Made by a program: the position numbers and the translations under genes. 64,000 bases of DNA from Opitutaceae bacterium (GTDB lineage Bacteria > Verrucomicrobiota > Verrucomicrobiia > Opitutales > Opitutaceae). The notes under the pieces are model-generated. The model had not been told where the DNA came from, did not search any database, and saw nothing but the letters and a program-made list of their open reading frames with translations. The DNA lies in contig DASXEV010000042.1 of NCBI GenBank assembly GCA_036489955.1, forward strand, positions 739 to 64,738. The letters are read 5' to 3'. Shown here piece by piece: positions 44,420 through 53,524 of this stretch (the first letter of the stretch is position 1; every line of letters begins with the position of its first letter).

Positions 44420-46147
44420 ATGCTCAGGGCCCTCATATTCCTGCGCCTGGTCTCGTTCCGGAACCTCGTCGTCCACCGCATGGCGCGCCTGCGCCAGCCG
44501 AAGTACCTGGTCGCGGCCGCGGCCGCCGCGTCCTACGTGTACTACTTCCTCGTGCGGCCGGTGGCGAGGATGCCCGCCGGGAACGTCGCCGGCAACTTCT
44601 CGGCCACGGCCGACATCGCCTGCGGCGTCCTCTGCGCCATGGCCCTCGCGCGGATCGCGTACTGCTGGGCGGTGCCCGCCGAGAACCCCGGGCTCGTGTT
44701 CAGCGAGGCGGAGATCGCGTTCCTCTTCCCGGCGCCCCTCACCCGCAGGATGCTGGTGCAGTACCGCCTGCTGAGCAGCCAGCTCCTCATCCTCCTCACG
44801 GCCGTGATCGTGACGGTGGTCGCCAACCGCGGAGCCGCCCTGGGCGGCGGGCGCCTCATCCACACGGTCGGCTGGTGGGTCATCCTCTCGACCCTCGACC
44901 TGCACATCAACGGGACGAAGCTCGCGATCGGCCGGCTGCGCCAGGCGGGCGCGCGGCTCCTGGCCTGGAGGATCGGGGCCCTCGCGGCCATCGGCGCCTA
45001 CGTGGCGGCGCTCGCCTGGAGCGCGCGGGTCTGGCTGGACGCGGCGACCCCGAACCTCGACGCCATGGTCTTCATGCTGAAGAGGGGGGACGCCTTCCAC
45101 TGGCTGACGCTCCCCTTCAGGATCGTCGTCGGGCCGTACTACTCGGCGACGCTTCCCGAGTTCGCGCGCGCGCTCGCCCCCGCCCTGCTCTTCCTCGGCC
45201 TGCACTACCTCTGGGTCCTGAACTCGGGAACCTCGTTCGAGGAGGGATCCATCGCCCTGGCGGAGAAGCGCGCGGCGATTAGGGCGGCGATCAGCCGCGG
45301 CGCGGCGCCGCGGCTCTCAGACAGGAAGCAGAAGGCCCTGCCGGGCCCGTTCCCGCTCGCGCCCCGCGGCCTGCCCGAGACCGCGTTCCTCTGGAAGAAC
45401 CTCCTGTCCATGCGCAGCTCCCTATTCAGCAGGAGGGCGCTCGTCATCCTCCTGGCGGTTTCCGCGTGGGCGGGCCTGCTGGTGACGCGGCACCCCGCGT
45501 CGTCGCGCGGGGGCCTCGGCGAGATCGTCCTCATCGTCTGCGGCGTCGTCGCCGCCTACACGATCATCTTCGGGCCGCAGCTCGCGCGCCAGGACCTGCG
45601 CAGCGACCTGGCGAATGCCGACATCCTGAAGACGTTCCCCATCGAGGGATGGAGGCTCGCCCTGGGCGAGCTCCTCGCCCCCGCGGCCATCCTGACGGCC
45701 ATCCTCTGGGCGCTCATCGCCGCCGCCGCCGCGGCCACGGGGCCGGGCCAGGGCCTGGCGACCGCGGAGCGCGCCACGGCCGCCGCCTGCCTCGCGGCCG
45801 TGGCCCCGGTCCTCTGCGTCATCCAGCTCATCGTCCCCAACACGCTCGTCGTCCTCATGCCCGGCTGGTACCAGGCCTCCCGCAACCGCACGGCCGGGGT
45901 CGAGGTCTTCGGCCAGCGCCTCGTCTTCAGCCTCATGCAGTTCCTGATCTCGCTGCTCGTCCTCGTGCCGGCCGCGGCGGTCGCGGTCCTGGTCTGCTTC
46001 TGCTCGTACCGCACCCTCAGCCTGCCGGGCGGGATGCTCCTCGGGTGCGCCTTCGCCCTTTTCATGCTGGGGGGCGAGGCGGCCGTCGGCCTCTGGTACC
46101 TCGGGGAGCGGTTCGAGCGCCTCGACCTGTCCACGGACACACGGTGA
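44420..46147 (+). CDS. Polytopic membrane protein, putative ABC-exporter permease component (575 aa)
   Basis: It lies 10 nt after the ATPase gene. It has at least 10 hydrophobic helices. It resembles the family annotated as putative ABC exporter, but I could not verify this. Confidence 0.65.
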   Translation: MLRALIFLRLVSFRNLVVHRMARLRQPKYLVAAAAAASYVYYFLVRPVARMPAGNVAGNFSATADIACGVLCAMALARIAYCWAVPAENPGLVFSEAEIAFLFPAPLTRRMLVQYRLLSSQLLILLTAVIVTVVANRGAALGGGRLIHTVGWWVILSTLDLHINGTKLAIGRLRQAGARLLAWRIGALAAIGAYVAALAWSARVWLDAATPNLDAMVFMLKRGDAFHWLTLPFRIVVGPYYSATLPEFARALAPALLFLGLHYLWVLNSGTSFEEGSIALAEKRAAIRAAISRGAAPRLSDRKQKALPGPFPLAPRGLPETAFLWKNLLSMRSSLFSRRALVILLAVSAWAGLLVTRHPASSRGGLGEIVLIVCGVVAAYTIIFGPQLARQDLRSDLANADILKTFPIEGWRLALGELLAPAAILTAILWALIAAAAAATGPGQGLATAERATAAACLAAVAPVLCVIQLIVPNTLVVLMPGWYQASRNRTAGVEVFGQRLVFSLMQFLISLLVLVPAAAVAVLVCFCSYRTLSLPGGMLLGCAFALFMLGGEAAVGLWYLGERFERLDLSTDTR

Positions 46148-46506
46148 AACCCGCGGCGCTGGACCGCATGGCCGCCGAGGCGGTCGCCAGGGCGCAGCGG
46201 GAGCTGCCGAGGGAGGTGCTGGAGGCCGCGATGGAGGTCCGCGTCATCCTGGAGGGCTCCCCGGGTCCGGACGTCCTTGCCGAGGGCTTTGAGCCGGACC
46301 TCCTCGGGCTCTTTGCCGGCCGCACGGTGGGGGATCCCGGCGACCCGGAGCCGCCCCGGATCCACCTCTATACCGCAAACTTATGGCATTGTGTCGGCGG
46401 CGACGTGGAGGCCTTCCGGGAGGAGTCGCGCCTCACCTACCTCCATGAGCTGGGGCATTACCTCGGCTGGGGCGAGGACCAGGTCGCCGCCCGGGGCCTG
46501 GACTGA
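46144..46506 (+). CDS. Minimal zincin-like metallopeptidase-family protein (120 aa)
   Basis: GTG 46144 overlaps the permease stop (GTGA). It has the HExxH motif in YLHELGHYLGW. Its small size is typical of the Zincin_1/DUF1025 group. Confidence 0.7.
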   Translation: MKPAALDRMAAEAVARAQRELPREVLEAAMEVRVILEGSPGPDVLAEGFEPDLLGLFAGRTVGDPGDPEPPRIHLYTANLWHCVGGDVEAFREESRLTYLHELGHYLGWGEDQVAARGLD

Positions 46507-46607
46507 GCCCTTCTCCCCCGGAACCCGCGCCAATCGGCGCTTTCCAAGGGGGCACCACCGTGTTTTAACCAATGCGGCGGTCCGAAAGGCCGTCGCCCGA
46601 ATCACAT

Positions 46608-47306
46608 ATGAATCCAGTCTTCAAGAAATTGCTGCTCGTGCCGCTTGTGGCGATCCTAGGCGCCTCCCCCGCCCTCGCAAACGACGCCCACACGCCCAGG
46701 TCCGACCTCGTCGTCCGGGTTGAGAGCTGCGAGGCCATCCTGCGCGAGTTCATGGCGTCGCCCACGACCGCCATCCCCCAGCAGGTCTGGCAGCGCGCGC
46801 GCGGCCTGATGATCCTCAGCCAGTTCAAGGCGGGCTTCATCTTCGGCGTAAAGGGGGGCTACGGCGTCCTCATGGTGAAGAAGCCGAGCGGACGCTGGAG
46901 CCTGCCGGTCCTCATCGACGCCAGCGAGGCGAGCGTCGGGCTCCAGGTCGGGGCGAAGTCGGTCGACACGGTCTGCATCCTTACGGACGACGCGACGCCG
47001 AGGCTCCTCTTCTCCAACCGGTTCAACATCGGCGTGGACGCAAAGGCCGTCGCGGGCCCCAGCTCCGCCAATTACGAGAATGACGCCAAGCGCACGTTCA
47101 TCGCGCCCGTGCTGGTTTATTCGAGGTCGATGGGCCTCTTCGCGGGCGCAACCGTCAAGGCCGGCCACGTCGAGCGCAACGACATCGCCAACTTCACCCT
47201 CTACAACACCTCGTACACCATGCCCGAGCTCCTCTACAGCGACTGGGTCAGCCCCCCGGCGGAGGTCCAGCCGCTCATGGCGTACGTCCAGCAGCTGTCT
47301 CCCTGA
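46608..47306 (+). CDS. SYLF (Ysc84/DUF500) lipid-binding-domain protein, secreted
   Basis: ATG 46608 lies inside track ORF 46572..47306. It has a signal peptide and the segments KAGFIFGVKGGYGVLMVK and VGLQVGAKSVD. Confidence 0.7.
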   Translation: MNPVFKKLLLVPLVAILGASPALANDAHTPRSDLVVRVESCEAILREFMASPTTAIPQQVWQRARGLMILSQFKAGFIFGVKGGYGVLMVKKPSGRWSLPVLIDASEASVGLQVGAKSVDTVCILTDDATPRLLFSNRFNIGVDAKAVAGPSSANYENDAKRTFIAPVLVYSRSMGLFAGATVKAGHVERNDIANFTLYNTSYTMPELLYSDWVSPPAEVQPLMAYVQQLSP

Positions 47307-47772
47307 GCCAGGCCACGAGGGCCACGTAGGCCGCCAGGGCCACGCGCTCCTGGACCTCCGTCCGCGGCAGGCCGGGGCAGTCCACCCGTCCGCTTCGCAC
47401 CCCGAAGCCGCCGCCCGCTCGCCGGGCGAGGGCCCACCAGGCGAAGGGTGCCAGGGCGCCCTTGTCGGCCGCGGGCTCCGCGTAGCCCGTCGTCGCCGCG
47501 CCCACGTCGGCGCCGAAGAGCAGGCACGCCCCCCGGGCCATCTGCTCGGCGACGGCCGCCGAGACCGCGTTGCACGATCGCGCCTCGCCCGGGTCCACGC
47601 CGAGGTGCCTCGCCTTCTGCTCGATAGTGTAGGCCGTGATCCCGCCGAGGAAGAAATCCGAGGCGCCCGGGATGGCGCCCACCCTCGCCTGGAGCCGGCC
47701 GCACGTGAGGCTCTCGGCCAGCGCGAGCCTCAGCCGAGGCGGTCCCAGCATGAGCGCCTTCAGGTCGTTCAC
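47275..47772 (-). CDS. CinA C-terminal domain protein (PncC-type nicotinamide-nucleotide amidase)
   Basis: GTG 47772 overlaps the upstream stop (GTGA). Motifs are AESLTCGRL, FLGGITAYT and GADVGAATTGYAEP. Confidence 0.8.
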   Translation of the reverse strand: MNDLKALMLGPPRLRLALAESLTCGRLQARVGAIPGASDFFLGGITAYTIEQKARHLGVDPGEARSCNAVSAAVAEQMARGACLLFGADVGAATTGYAEPAADKGALAPFAWWALARRAGGGFGVRSGRVDCPGLPRTEVQERVALAAYVALVAWLRETAAGRTP

Positions 47773-48302
47773 CTCGGCGCCCCGCTGGCCCTCTGCAGGT
47801 TGGAAAGGCCGGCCTCGAGGTCGGGCCCGACCAGCCGGTTGAGGAAAAGGCCGAACCAGCGGCGGGTCGGGCTCCGGCCGAGGTCCCCCGCCATGCCCAT
47901 CGTGACCCGCGTGCCCCCGGGCGCGGGCTGGAGGACGACGGACCCCTGGGCGACGAGCCCCACGTCCGTGAAGGCGAAGGTGTACTCGAAATCGCCGGGC
48001 GCCCGCACCGCCGTGATCGTCACCTTGCCGTCGCCCTGGGTCTTGCTGGTCCAGCTGCTCCAGGCGCCGACCTCGGTCGTCGCCGGGGAATACTCCACCT
48101 TCGCCTGGGGGTCCCGTGCGAGCCACGCGGCCCACCGGGGCCACGCCCTCAGGTCCCCGACGAGGGGGAAGATGTCCCCCCGCGGGGCCGCGATGACGAC
48201 GCTGCGCCGCACGTCGTAGCGCCCGGGCAGGAGGAAGCCGACGAGGATGAGGATGACCCACACCCCGACGAGGACGCCGAAGACCCTGGCGATGACCTTC
48301 AC
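47769..48302 (-). CDS. SRPBCC-family protein with N-terminal membrane anchor
   Basis: It starts with GTG. An N-terminal TM (IARVFGVLVGVWVILILVGFLL) is followed by a polyketide-cyclase/START-like beta-rich domain. Confidence 0.65.
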   Translation of the reverse strand: MKVIARVFGVLVGVWVILILVGFLLPGRYDVRRSVVIAAPRGDIFPLVGDLRAWPRWAAWLARDPQAKVEYSPATTEVGAWSSWTSKTQGDGKVTITAVRAPGDFEYTFAFTDVGLVAQGSVVLQPAPGGTRVTMGMAGDLGRSPTRRWFGLFLNRLVGPDLEAGLSNLQRASGAPR

Positions 48303-48354
48303 CCGGCGACGCTGGCACGGGGCCGCCGCGGAGGCGAACCGATAAACCCGCGCC

Positions 48355-49116
48355 TCAGGCGACCTCGAGGCCGACAGGGCAGTGGTCGCTGCCCATCACC
48401 TTGGGGCTGATCCACGCCCGCTTGAGCGCGGGCCGCAGCTTCTCGGAGGCGATGAAGTAGTCGACCCGCCACCCGATGTTCCTCGCCCGGCAGTCGGACA
48501 TCTGGCTCCACCACGTGTAGTGGCCCGGGCCCTTCTCGAAGTGCCGGAACGTGTCCACGAAGCCCGAGTCGAGCACCCGGCCGAAGCCCTGGCGCTCCTC
48601 GTCCGTGAACCCGGCGTTGCGCCGGTTCGTCCTCGGGTTCGCAAGGTCGATCTCGGCGTGAGCGACGTTGAGGTCGCCGCAGAAGACGGCCGGCTTGCCG
48701 CCCTTCTGCAGGCGCTTCAGGTACCGCAGGAAGGCCGGGTCCCACTGGCGGACGCGGTAGTCGAGGCGCGTGAGGCCCCTCTGGGAATTGGGCTGGTAGA
48801 CGTTGACCAGCCAGAAGTCGTCGAACTCGAGGGCGAGGACGCGGCCCTCGGTGTCGTGGACCGGCGCCCCGATCCCGTTCCAGACGTTCCTCGGCTTCAC
48901 GCGGGTGAACACCGCCGTGCCGCTGTAGCCCTTCTTCTCCGCGCTGTACCAGAAGTGCTCGTAGCCCTTCGGCCACGCCACGTGCTGGACGTCGCCCGGG
49001 TGGGCCTTGGTCTCCTGGAGGCAGACGACGTCCGCCCCGCTCGACTCGATGTAGCCGAGGAGCCCCTTGCGCAGCGCGGCGCGGACGCCGTTGACGTTCC
49101 AGGAGACGAGCTTCAC
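48355..49116 (-). CDS. xth: Exodeoxyribonuclease III
   Basis: GTG 49116 lies inside track ORF 48355..49443. Motifs are SWNVNG, CLQETK, GDLNVAH and SDHCPV. Confidence 0.9.
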   Translation of the reverse strand: MKLVSWNVNGVRAALRKGLLGYIESSGADVVCLQETKAHPGDVQHVAWPKGYEHFWYSAEKKGYSGTAVFTRVKPRNVWNGIGAPVHDTEGRVLALEFDDFWLVNVYQPNSQRGLTRLDYRVRQWDPAFLRYLKRLQKGGKPAVFCGDLNVAHAEIDLANPRTNRRNAGFTDEERQGFGRVLDSGFVDTFRHFEKGPGHYTWWSQMSDCRARNIGWRVDYFIASEKLRPALKRAWISPKVMGSDHCPVGLEVA

Positions 49117-49124
49117 GGCGGGGG

Positions 49125-49550
49125 CTACCTCCAGGCGCCGAGGATCGCGCCGGCGACGGCGAACTGGACGACGTCGTGCCCGGCGACGATGAGGAAGAGC
49201 CTCAGCGTCCGCATCTCGAACAGGCTGTTCACGGCCTGCCTCGCGGCCACGAGGCCGGCGCCGGCGAGGAGCCCGAACTCGGCGCCCTTCACGGGGCCCG
49301 CGACGTGGTGCGACGCGATGAGGACGGCGAGGGCCAGCGTCGAGACAATGGTGCAGAGGAAGGCCGCCGACATGACGACCGGCATCCTCTTCTTCCCCTC
49401 CTCGCGGGCCTTCGCGGGGTCGATCCTCATGTCGGAAAGCCACGCCTTCACGAAAAGGAGCGGGAAGTACCAGAGGGCGCCGACGGCGAACGCCGCGACC
49501 GAGACGACGATCACGGCGGCGGGATTGAGGGACTTGAGTGCGTCGATCAT
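49125..49550 (-). CDS. DUF1761-like membrane protein
   Basis: ATG 49550 lies inside track ORF 49125..50063. The N-terminus VAAFAVGALWYFPLLFVKAWL is typical of DUF1761. It has 4 helices. Confidence 0.6.
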   Translation of the reverse strand: MIDALKSLNPAAVIVVSVAAFAVGALWYFPLLFVKAWLSDMRIDPAKAREEGKKRMPVVMSAAFLCTIVSTLALAVLIASHHVAGPVKGAEFGLLAGAGLVAARQAVNSLFEMRTLRLFLIVAGHDVVQFAVAGAILGAWR

Positions 49551-49693
49551 GGGGGGTATTTCGGGGTTGGGCTGGCCGGCCGAGAGGCTACCGCCGGCCC
49601 CTCCCGGGAAAAGCGCAATCCGCGCCCCCCATGACACGGAACACCCCAGCTTCCGGTTGCCAAGCGCCGGGCCGCCCCAACACTGCGCCCCGA

Positions 49694-51205
49694 ATGCCCG
49701 CCTTTTCGCAGATCCCGCTGGGGACGCCGTTGGCCGCGAGCCCGCACGCGGTATCCTGCAGCCTGCCGACCATGGCCGACATCCGGGGCTACGAGGAGAA
49801 GGATCCCGCCGTGACGGCGAGGCTCCAGACCGGCTATCCCCGCTTCGTCGTCCATCCCTTCGCCCGCCGCCTCGCGGAGACGCTCGCCGCCCGGGCGGGC
49901 CTCGGGGGCCGCACGCTCTGGCTGGCGTCGTCGGGGCGCATGGCCGGCTCGCTCCTGGGCCACCTGCGCGCCACCCCGGCTGGCCGCGGCGCCGAGCCCT
50001 TCTCGGATGGCGGCATCCATGGCGCCAGCCATCCCCTCTCGGCCGAGGCCTTCCTCGCCGCAAAGCTGTTCCTGCAGAACACCGGGGGCTTCCTCCCCTC
50101 CCGCCAGGCCGAGGACCGGCTGGCCGCCCTCGGCGGGCCGCCGGCCGGTCCCGAGAACCTGTTCCAGGGCGACGCCGCCGGGGAGGTCCTGCGCCACCTG
50201 GGCCCCCTCTTTGCGGGCGCCTCGGCGGCCGACCTCACGATCACCAACTCGGGCATGAACGCCGTCTACGCGGCGTTCCGCGCCGTCAACGACGTGCAGC
50301 GCCCCCGGGGCCGCACGGCCTGGGTCCAGCTGGGCTGGCTCTACCTCGACACCATCGCCATCCTGCGCCGCTTCGCCCCGGGGGCCTCGGACTACATCCA
50401 CGTGAAGGACGTCATGGACGCGGACGCGCTGGCGGGGCTCTTCCGGGAGCGCGGCTCCTCCATCGCGGGGGTCGTGGCCGAGGTGCCGACGAACCCGCTC
50501 GTGCAGACGCCCGGCGTCGCCGCGCTCGCCGGGCTCTGCCGCATGCATGGCGCGCGCCTCATACTGGACCCGTCGCTCTCGTCGGCCTACAGCGTCGACT
50601 GCCTTCCGCACGCCGACGTGGCGGTGACGAGCCTCACAAAGTACACGGCCAGCGAGGGCGACGTCATGGCCGGCATGGTCGCCGTCAACCCGGCGGGCCC
50701 CGACGCCGGCGCCCTGCGCGGCCTCGTCCGCGACCATGCCGAGGCCTCCTACTCCCGGGACCTCGCGCGCCTCGCCTGGCAGGTGGGGGAGACCAGCAGG
50801 GTCCTCTCCGCGGTCGAGGCCTCCACCCCGCAGGTCGCCACCTTCCTGGAGGCGCACCCCGCCGTGCGCTCGGTCCACTGGGCCCTCAGCCCCCCCAGCC
50901 GCGCCAACTACCTTGCGCTCGCCCGCGGGCCCGGGTCGACCGGGGGCATCATCTCCTTCGCGCTCCGCGGCGACCTCGCCCAGTTCTACGACCGCGTGCG
51001 CCTGCCGAAGGGCCCGAGCTTCGGGATGAAGCGGACGCTCATCTGCCCGGTCATGTACCTCGCCCACTACGACCTCGTCTCGACGGAGGTCGGCCGCGCC
51101 GAGCTCCGGGGGAACGGCCTGGATCCCTGCCTGCTGCGCCTCTGCGTCGGCACGGAGCCCGCTGCGGAGATCATCGGCGCCCTGGCCGAGGCCCTGGGCG
51201 GCTAG
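49694..51205 (+). CDS. PLP-dependent Cys/Met-metabolism (cystathionine gamma-synthase-like) family enzyme
   Basis: ATG 49694 lies inside track ORF 49538..51205, and 49631 is an alternative. The PLP-lysine context is SLTKYTASEGDVMAG. NSGMNAV and EVPTNPL are also present. Confidence 0.75.
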   Translation: MPAFSQIPLGTPLAASPHAVSCSLPTMADIRGYEEKDPAVTARLQTGYPRFVVHPFARRLAETLAARAGLGGRTLWLASSGRMAGSLLGHLRATPAGRGAEPFSDGGIHGASHPLSAEAFLAAKLFLQNTGGFLPSRQAEDRLAALGGPPAGPENLFQGDAAGEVLRHLGPLFAGASAADLTITNSGMNAVYAAFRAVNDVQRPRGRTAWVQLGWLYLDTIAILRRFAPGASDYIHVKDVMDADALAGLFRERGSSIAGVVAEVPTNPLVQTPGVAALAGLCRMHGARLILDPSLSSAYSVDCLPHADVAVTSLTKYTASEGDVMAGMVAVNPAGPDAGALRGLVRDHAEASYSRDLARLAWQVGETSRVLSAVEASTPQVATFLEAHPAVRSVHWALSPPSRANYLALARGPGSTGGIISFALRGDLAQFYDRVRLPKGPSFGMKRTLICPVMYLAHYDLVSTEVGRAELRGNGLDPCLLRLCVGTEPAAEIIGALAEALGG

Positions 51206-51269
51206 CCGGAGTGGACCCCGAAGCGGGTTGCGCGCCGCCGCGAACCGGCCGATGGTTGCGCAGACGCCC

Positions 51270-51515
51270 ATGCGAAAGCCCATTGCCCTCATCATAGGCG
51301 CAGCCGCCGCCGCGGCGGCCTTCTGGGCCTACGGGACCCAGCGCAGGCACCCGGCGCCCGTGCCGATCGTCGACGGGAAGACGATCGACTTCTCCACCGG
51401 CAGGCCCGTCGTCCGCGAGGACCCCGCCGACAAGGCCGCGGTGGACGCCGCCGTCAGGGACATCGACCAGGCCGTTAAGGGCGTGACGTTCACGCCGCAG
51501 CCCGCCCCGAAGTAG
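51270..51515 (+). CDS. Small membrane-anchored hypothetical protein (81 aa)
   Basis: ATG 51270 lies inside track ORF 51228..51515. It has one N-terminal TM ([17 protein letters not shown]). No motif was recognised. Confidence 0.4.
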   Translation: MRKPIALIIGAAAAAAAFWAYGTQRRHPAPVPIVDGKTIDFSTGRPVVREDPADKAAVDAAVRDIDQAVKGVTFTPQPAPK

Positions 51516-51516
51516 C

Positions 51517-51933
51517 TCAGCGCGCCATCCGCACCCGGATGGAGTACTTGCGGGCCGAGAGCGCGGGCGCCGTGAACCGGACGACCTCCGTGGCCCCCGC
51601 GGCGATGCGCACGCCCTGGCGGGGCGCCTCGCCCGCCAACGGCAGGCCCTGGTCGTCCAGGAACACGCACTGGACCCACACGCGCGACGCGCGGGCCGCC
51701 CCGTTCCTCAGGTTGGCGACGACCTCGAGGCGCCCGTCGCCAAGCGCCCTCTCCCGCAGGCCCGTGCAGCTGATCGTGGCCTCGGTCTCGGGATCGAGCG
51801 CGGCGAAGCGCACCGTGTTCTCGACGGTGAACTTCGTCGTGTCCTGGGTCGCCTGGGGGGCCGGCTGCGACGCGCAGCCGGCAAGGAGGGCGAGGAGGGC
51901 GGACACGGCGAGCTGCCTGGTGTTGATGGGCAT
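51517..51933 (-). CDS. YcfL-like (DUF1425) lipoprotein
   Basis: ATG 51933 lies inside track ORF 51517..52809. It has a lipobox (LLALLAGC) and the segment LEVVANLRN...[12 protein letters not shown]. Confidence 0.55.
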   Translation of the reverse strand: MPINTRQLAVSALLALLAGCASQPAPQATQDTTKFTVENTVRFAALDPETEATISCTGLRERALGDGRLEVVANLRNGAARASRVWVQCVFLDDQGLPLAGEAPRQGVRIAAGATEVVRFTAPALSARKYSIRVRMAR

Positions 51934-52024
51934 TGGGCGCAAGCGTACCCCCTCGGACTGCCTGCGCGCGAGCATGTTCATCGCTTGCGCAGGGCCCCCG
52001 CCCGTGGGACGCTGGCCGCGTCCC

Positions 52025-53524
52025 ATGAGCCGCTGCGTCCTCGCGCTTGACCAGGGCACGACCTCGTCGAGGGCGATCCTCTTCGACCGCCGCGGCCGGC
52101 CGCTCGCGGTGGCGCAGAGGGAGTTCGCGCAGCACTTCCCGGCCCCGGGATGGGTCGAGCACGACCCCGAGGACATCTGGGAGTCGACGCGCGAGGTGGC
52201 CATCGCCGTCCTGAAGAAGGCCCGCGTCCGCCGGGGCGACGTCGCAGCGGTCGGGATCGCCAACCAGCGGGAGACGACGCTCCTCTGGGAGCGCCGGGGC
52301 GGCCGGCCGCTGCACCGTGCGATCGTCTGGCAGGACCGCCGCACGGCGGGCGCCTGCGAGGCCCTGGGCCGCGACGGGCGCGGGGCCGAGCTCCGCAGGA
52401 GGACGGGCCTCCTCGCCGACCCGTACTTCTCCGGCACGAAGCTCGCGTGGCTCCTCGACCACGTCCCCGGGGCCCGGCGGCGCGCGGCGCGCGGCGAGCT
52501 CGCCTTCGGCACCGTCGACACGTGGCTGCTCTGGAGGCTGACGGGCGGCAGGGTGCACGCGACCGACGCCTCGAACGCCTCGCGCACGCTGCTGGCCAAC
52601 CTGCGGACGGGCGACTGGGACGACGCGCTCCTGCGCATGCTGCGCGTCCCCCGCGAGGTGCTGCCGCAGGTCCGCGCGAGCAGCGGGGTCCTCGCCGAGG
52701 TGGACGCGATCCCGGCCCTCCGCGGCGTGCCGGTCGCGGGGATGGCCGGCGACCAGCAGGCCGCCCTCTTCGGCCAGGGGTGCTTCCGGCCGGGGATGGC
52801 CAAGAACACCTATGGCACCGGCTGCTTCATGCTCATGAACACCGGCGCCCGGCCCGTCGCCTCGCGCAACCGGCTCCTCTCCACGATCGCCTGGCGCATC
52901 GGCGCCGAGACGCAATATGCCCTGGAGGGCAGCGTCTTCGTCGGGGGCGCCGTCGTCCAGTGGCTGCGGGACGGCCTGGGCATCATCAGGCGCTCGCAGG
53001 ACGTCGAGGCCCTTGCCGCGAGCGTGCCCGACAACGGCGGGGTCACGATCGTGCCCGCGTTCGCGGGCCTGGGCGCCCCGCACTGGGATCCCGGCGCGCG
53101 CGGGGCCATCGTCGGCGTCACGCGCGGGACGACGGCGGCGCACCTGGCCCGGGCGTCGCTGGAGAGCATCGCCTTCCAGACGGCCGACCTCATCGGCGCC
53201 ATGGAGGCCGACTCCGGCAGGCGCATCAGCGAGCTCCGGGTCGACGGCGGGGCGTCGGTCAACGACGCCCTCATGCAGTTCCAGAGCGACCTCACCGGCG
53301 CCGCCGTCGTGCGGCCCCGCGTGACCGAGACGACGGCGCTCGGCGCCGCCGCGCTCGCGGGCCTGGCCGTCGGCTTCTGGCGCAGCAGGGAGCAGGTGGG
53401 CGCCCTCGCCGGGCGCGACCGGACGTTCCGGCCGCTCCGCCCGCTCTCCCAGCTCCGCGCGGCGCGCGCCGCCTGGGACCGCGCCGTGGGCGCGGCCCTG
53501 CACTGGTCGTCACCCCCCTCATGA
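52025..53524 (+). CDS. glpK: Glycerol kinase
   Basis: ATG 52025 lies inside track ORF 51539..53524. Motifs are [43 protein letters not shown] and TYGTGCF. Confidence 0.95.
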   Translation: MSRCVLALDQGTTSSRAILFDRRGRPLAVAQREFAQHFPAPGWVEHDPEDIWESTREVAIAVLKKARVRRGDVAAVGIANQRETTLLWERRGGRPLHRAIVWQDRRTAGACEALGRDGRGAELRRRTGLLADPYFSGTKLAWLLDHVPGARRRAARGELAFGTVDTWLLWRLTGGRVHATDASNASRTLLANLRTGDWDDALLRMLRVPREVLPQVRASSGVLAEVDAIPALRGVPVAGMAGDQQAALFGQGCFRPGMAKNTYGTGCFMLMNTGARPVASRNRLLSTIAWRIGAETQYALEGSVFVGGAVVQWLRDGLGIIRRSQDVEALAASVPDNGGVTIVPAFAGLGAPHWDPGARGAIVGVTRGTTAAHLARASLESIAFQTADLIGAMEADSGRRISELRVDGGASVNDALMQFQSDLTGAAVVRPRVTETTALGAAALAGLAVGFWRSREQVGALAGRDRTFRPLRPLSQLRAARAAWDRAVGAALHWSSPPS

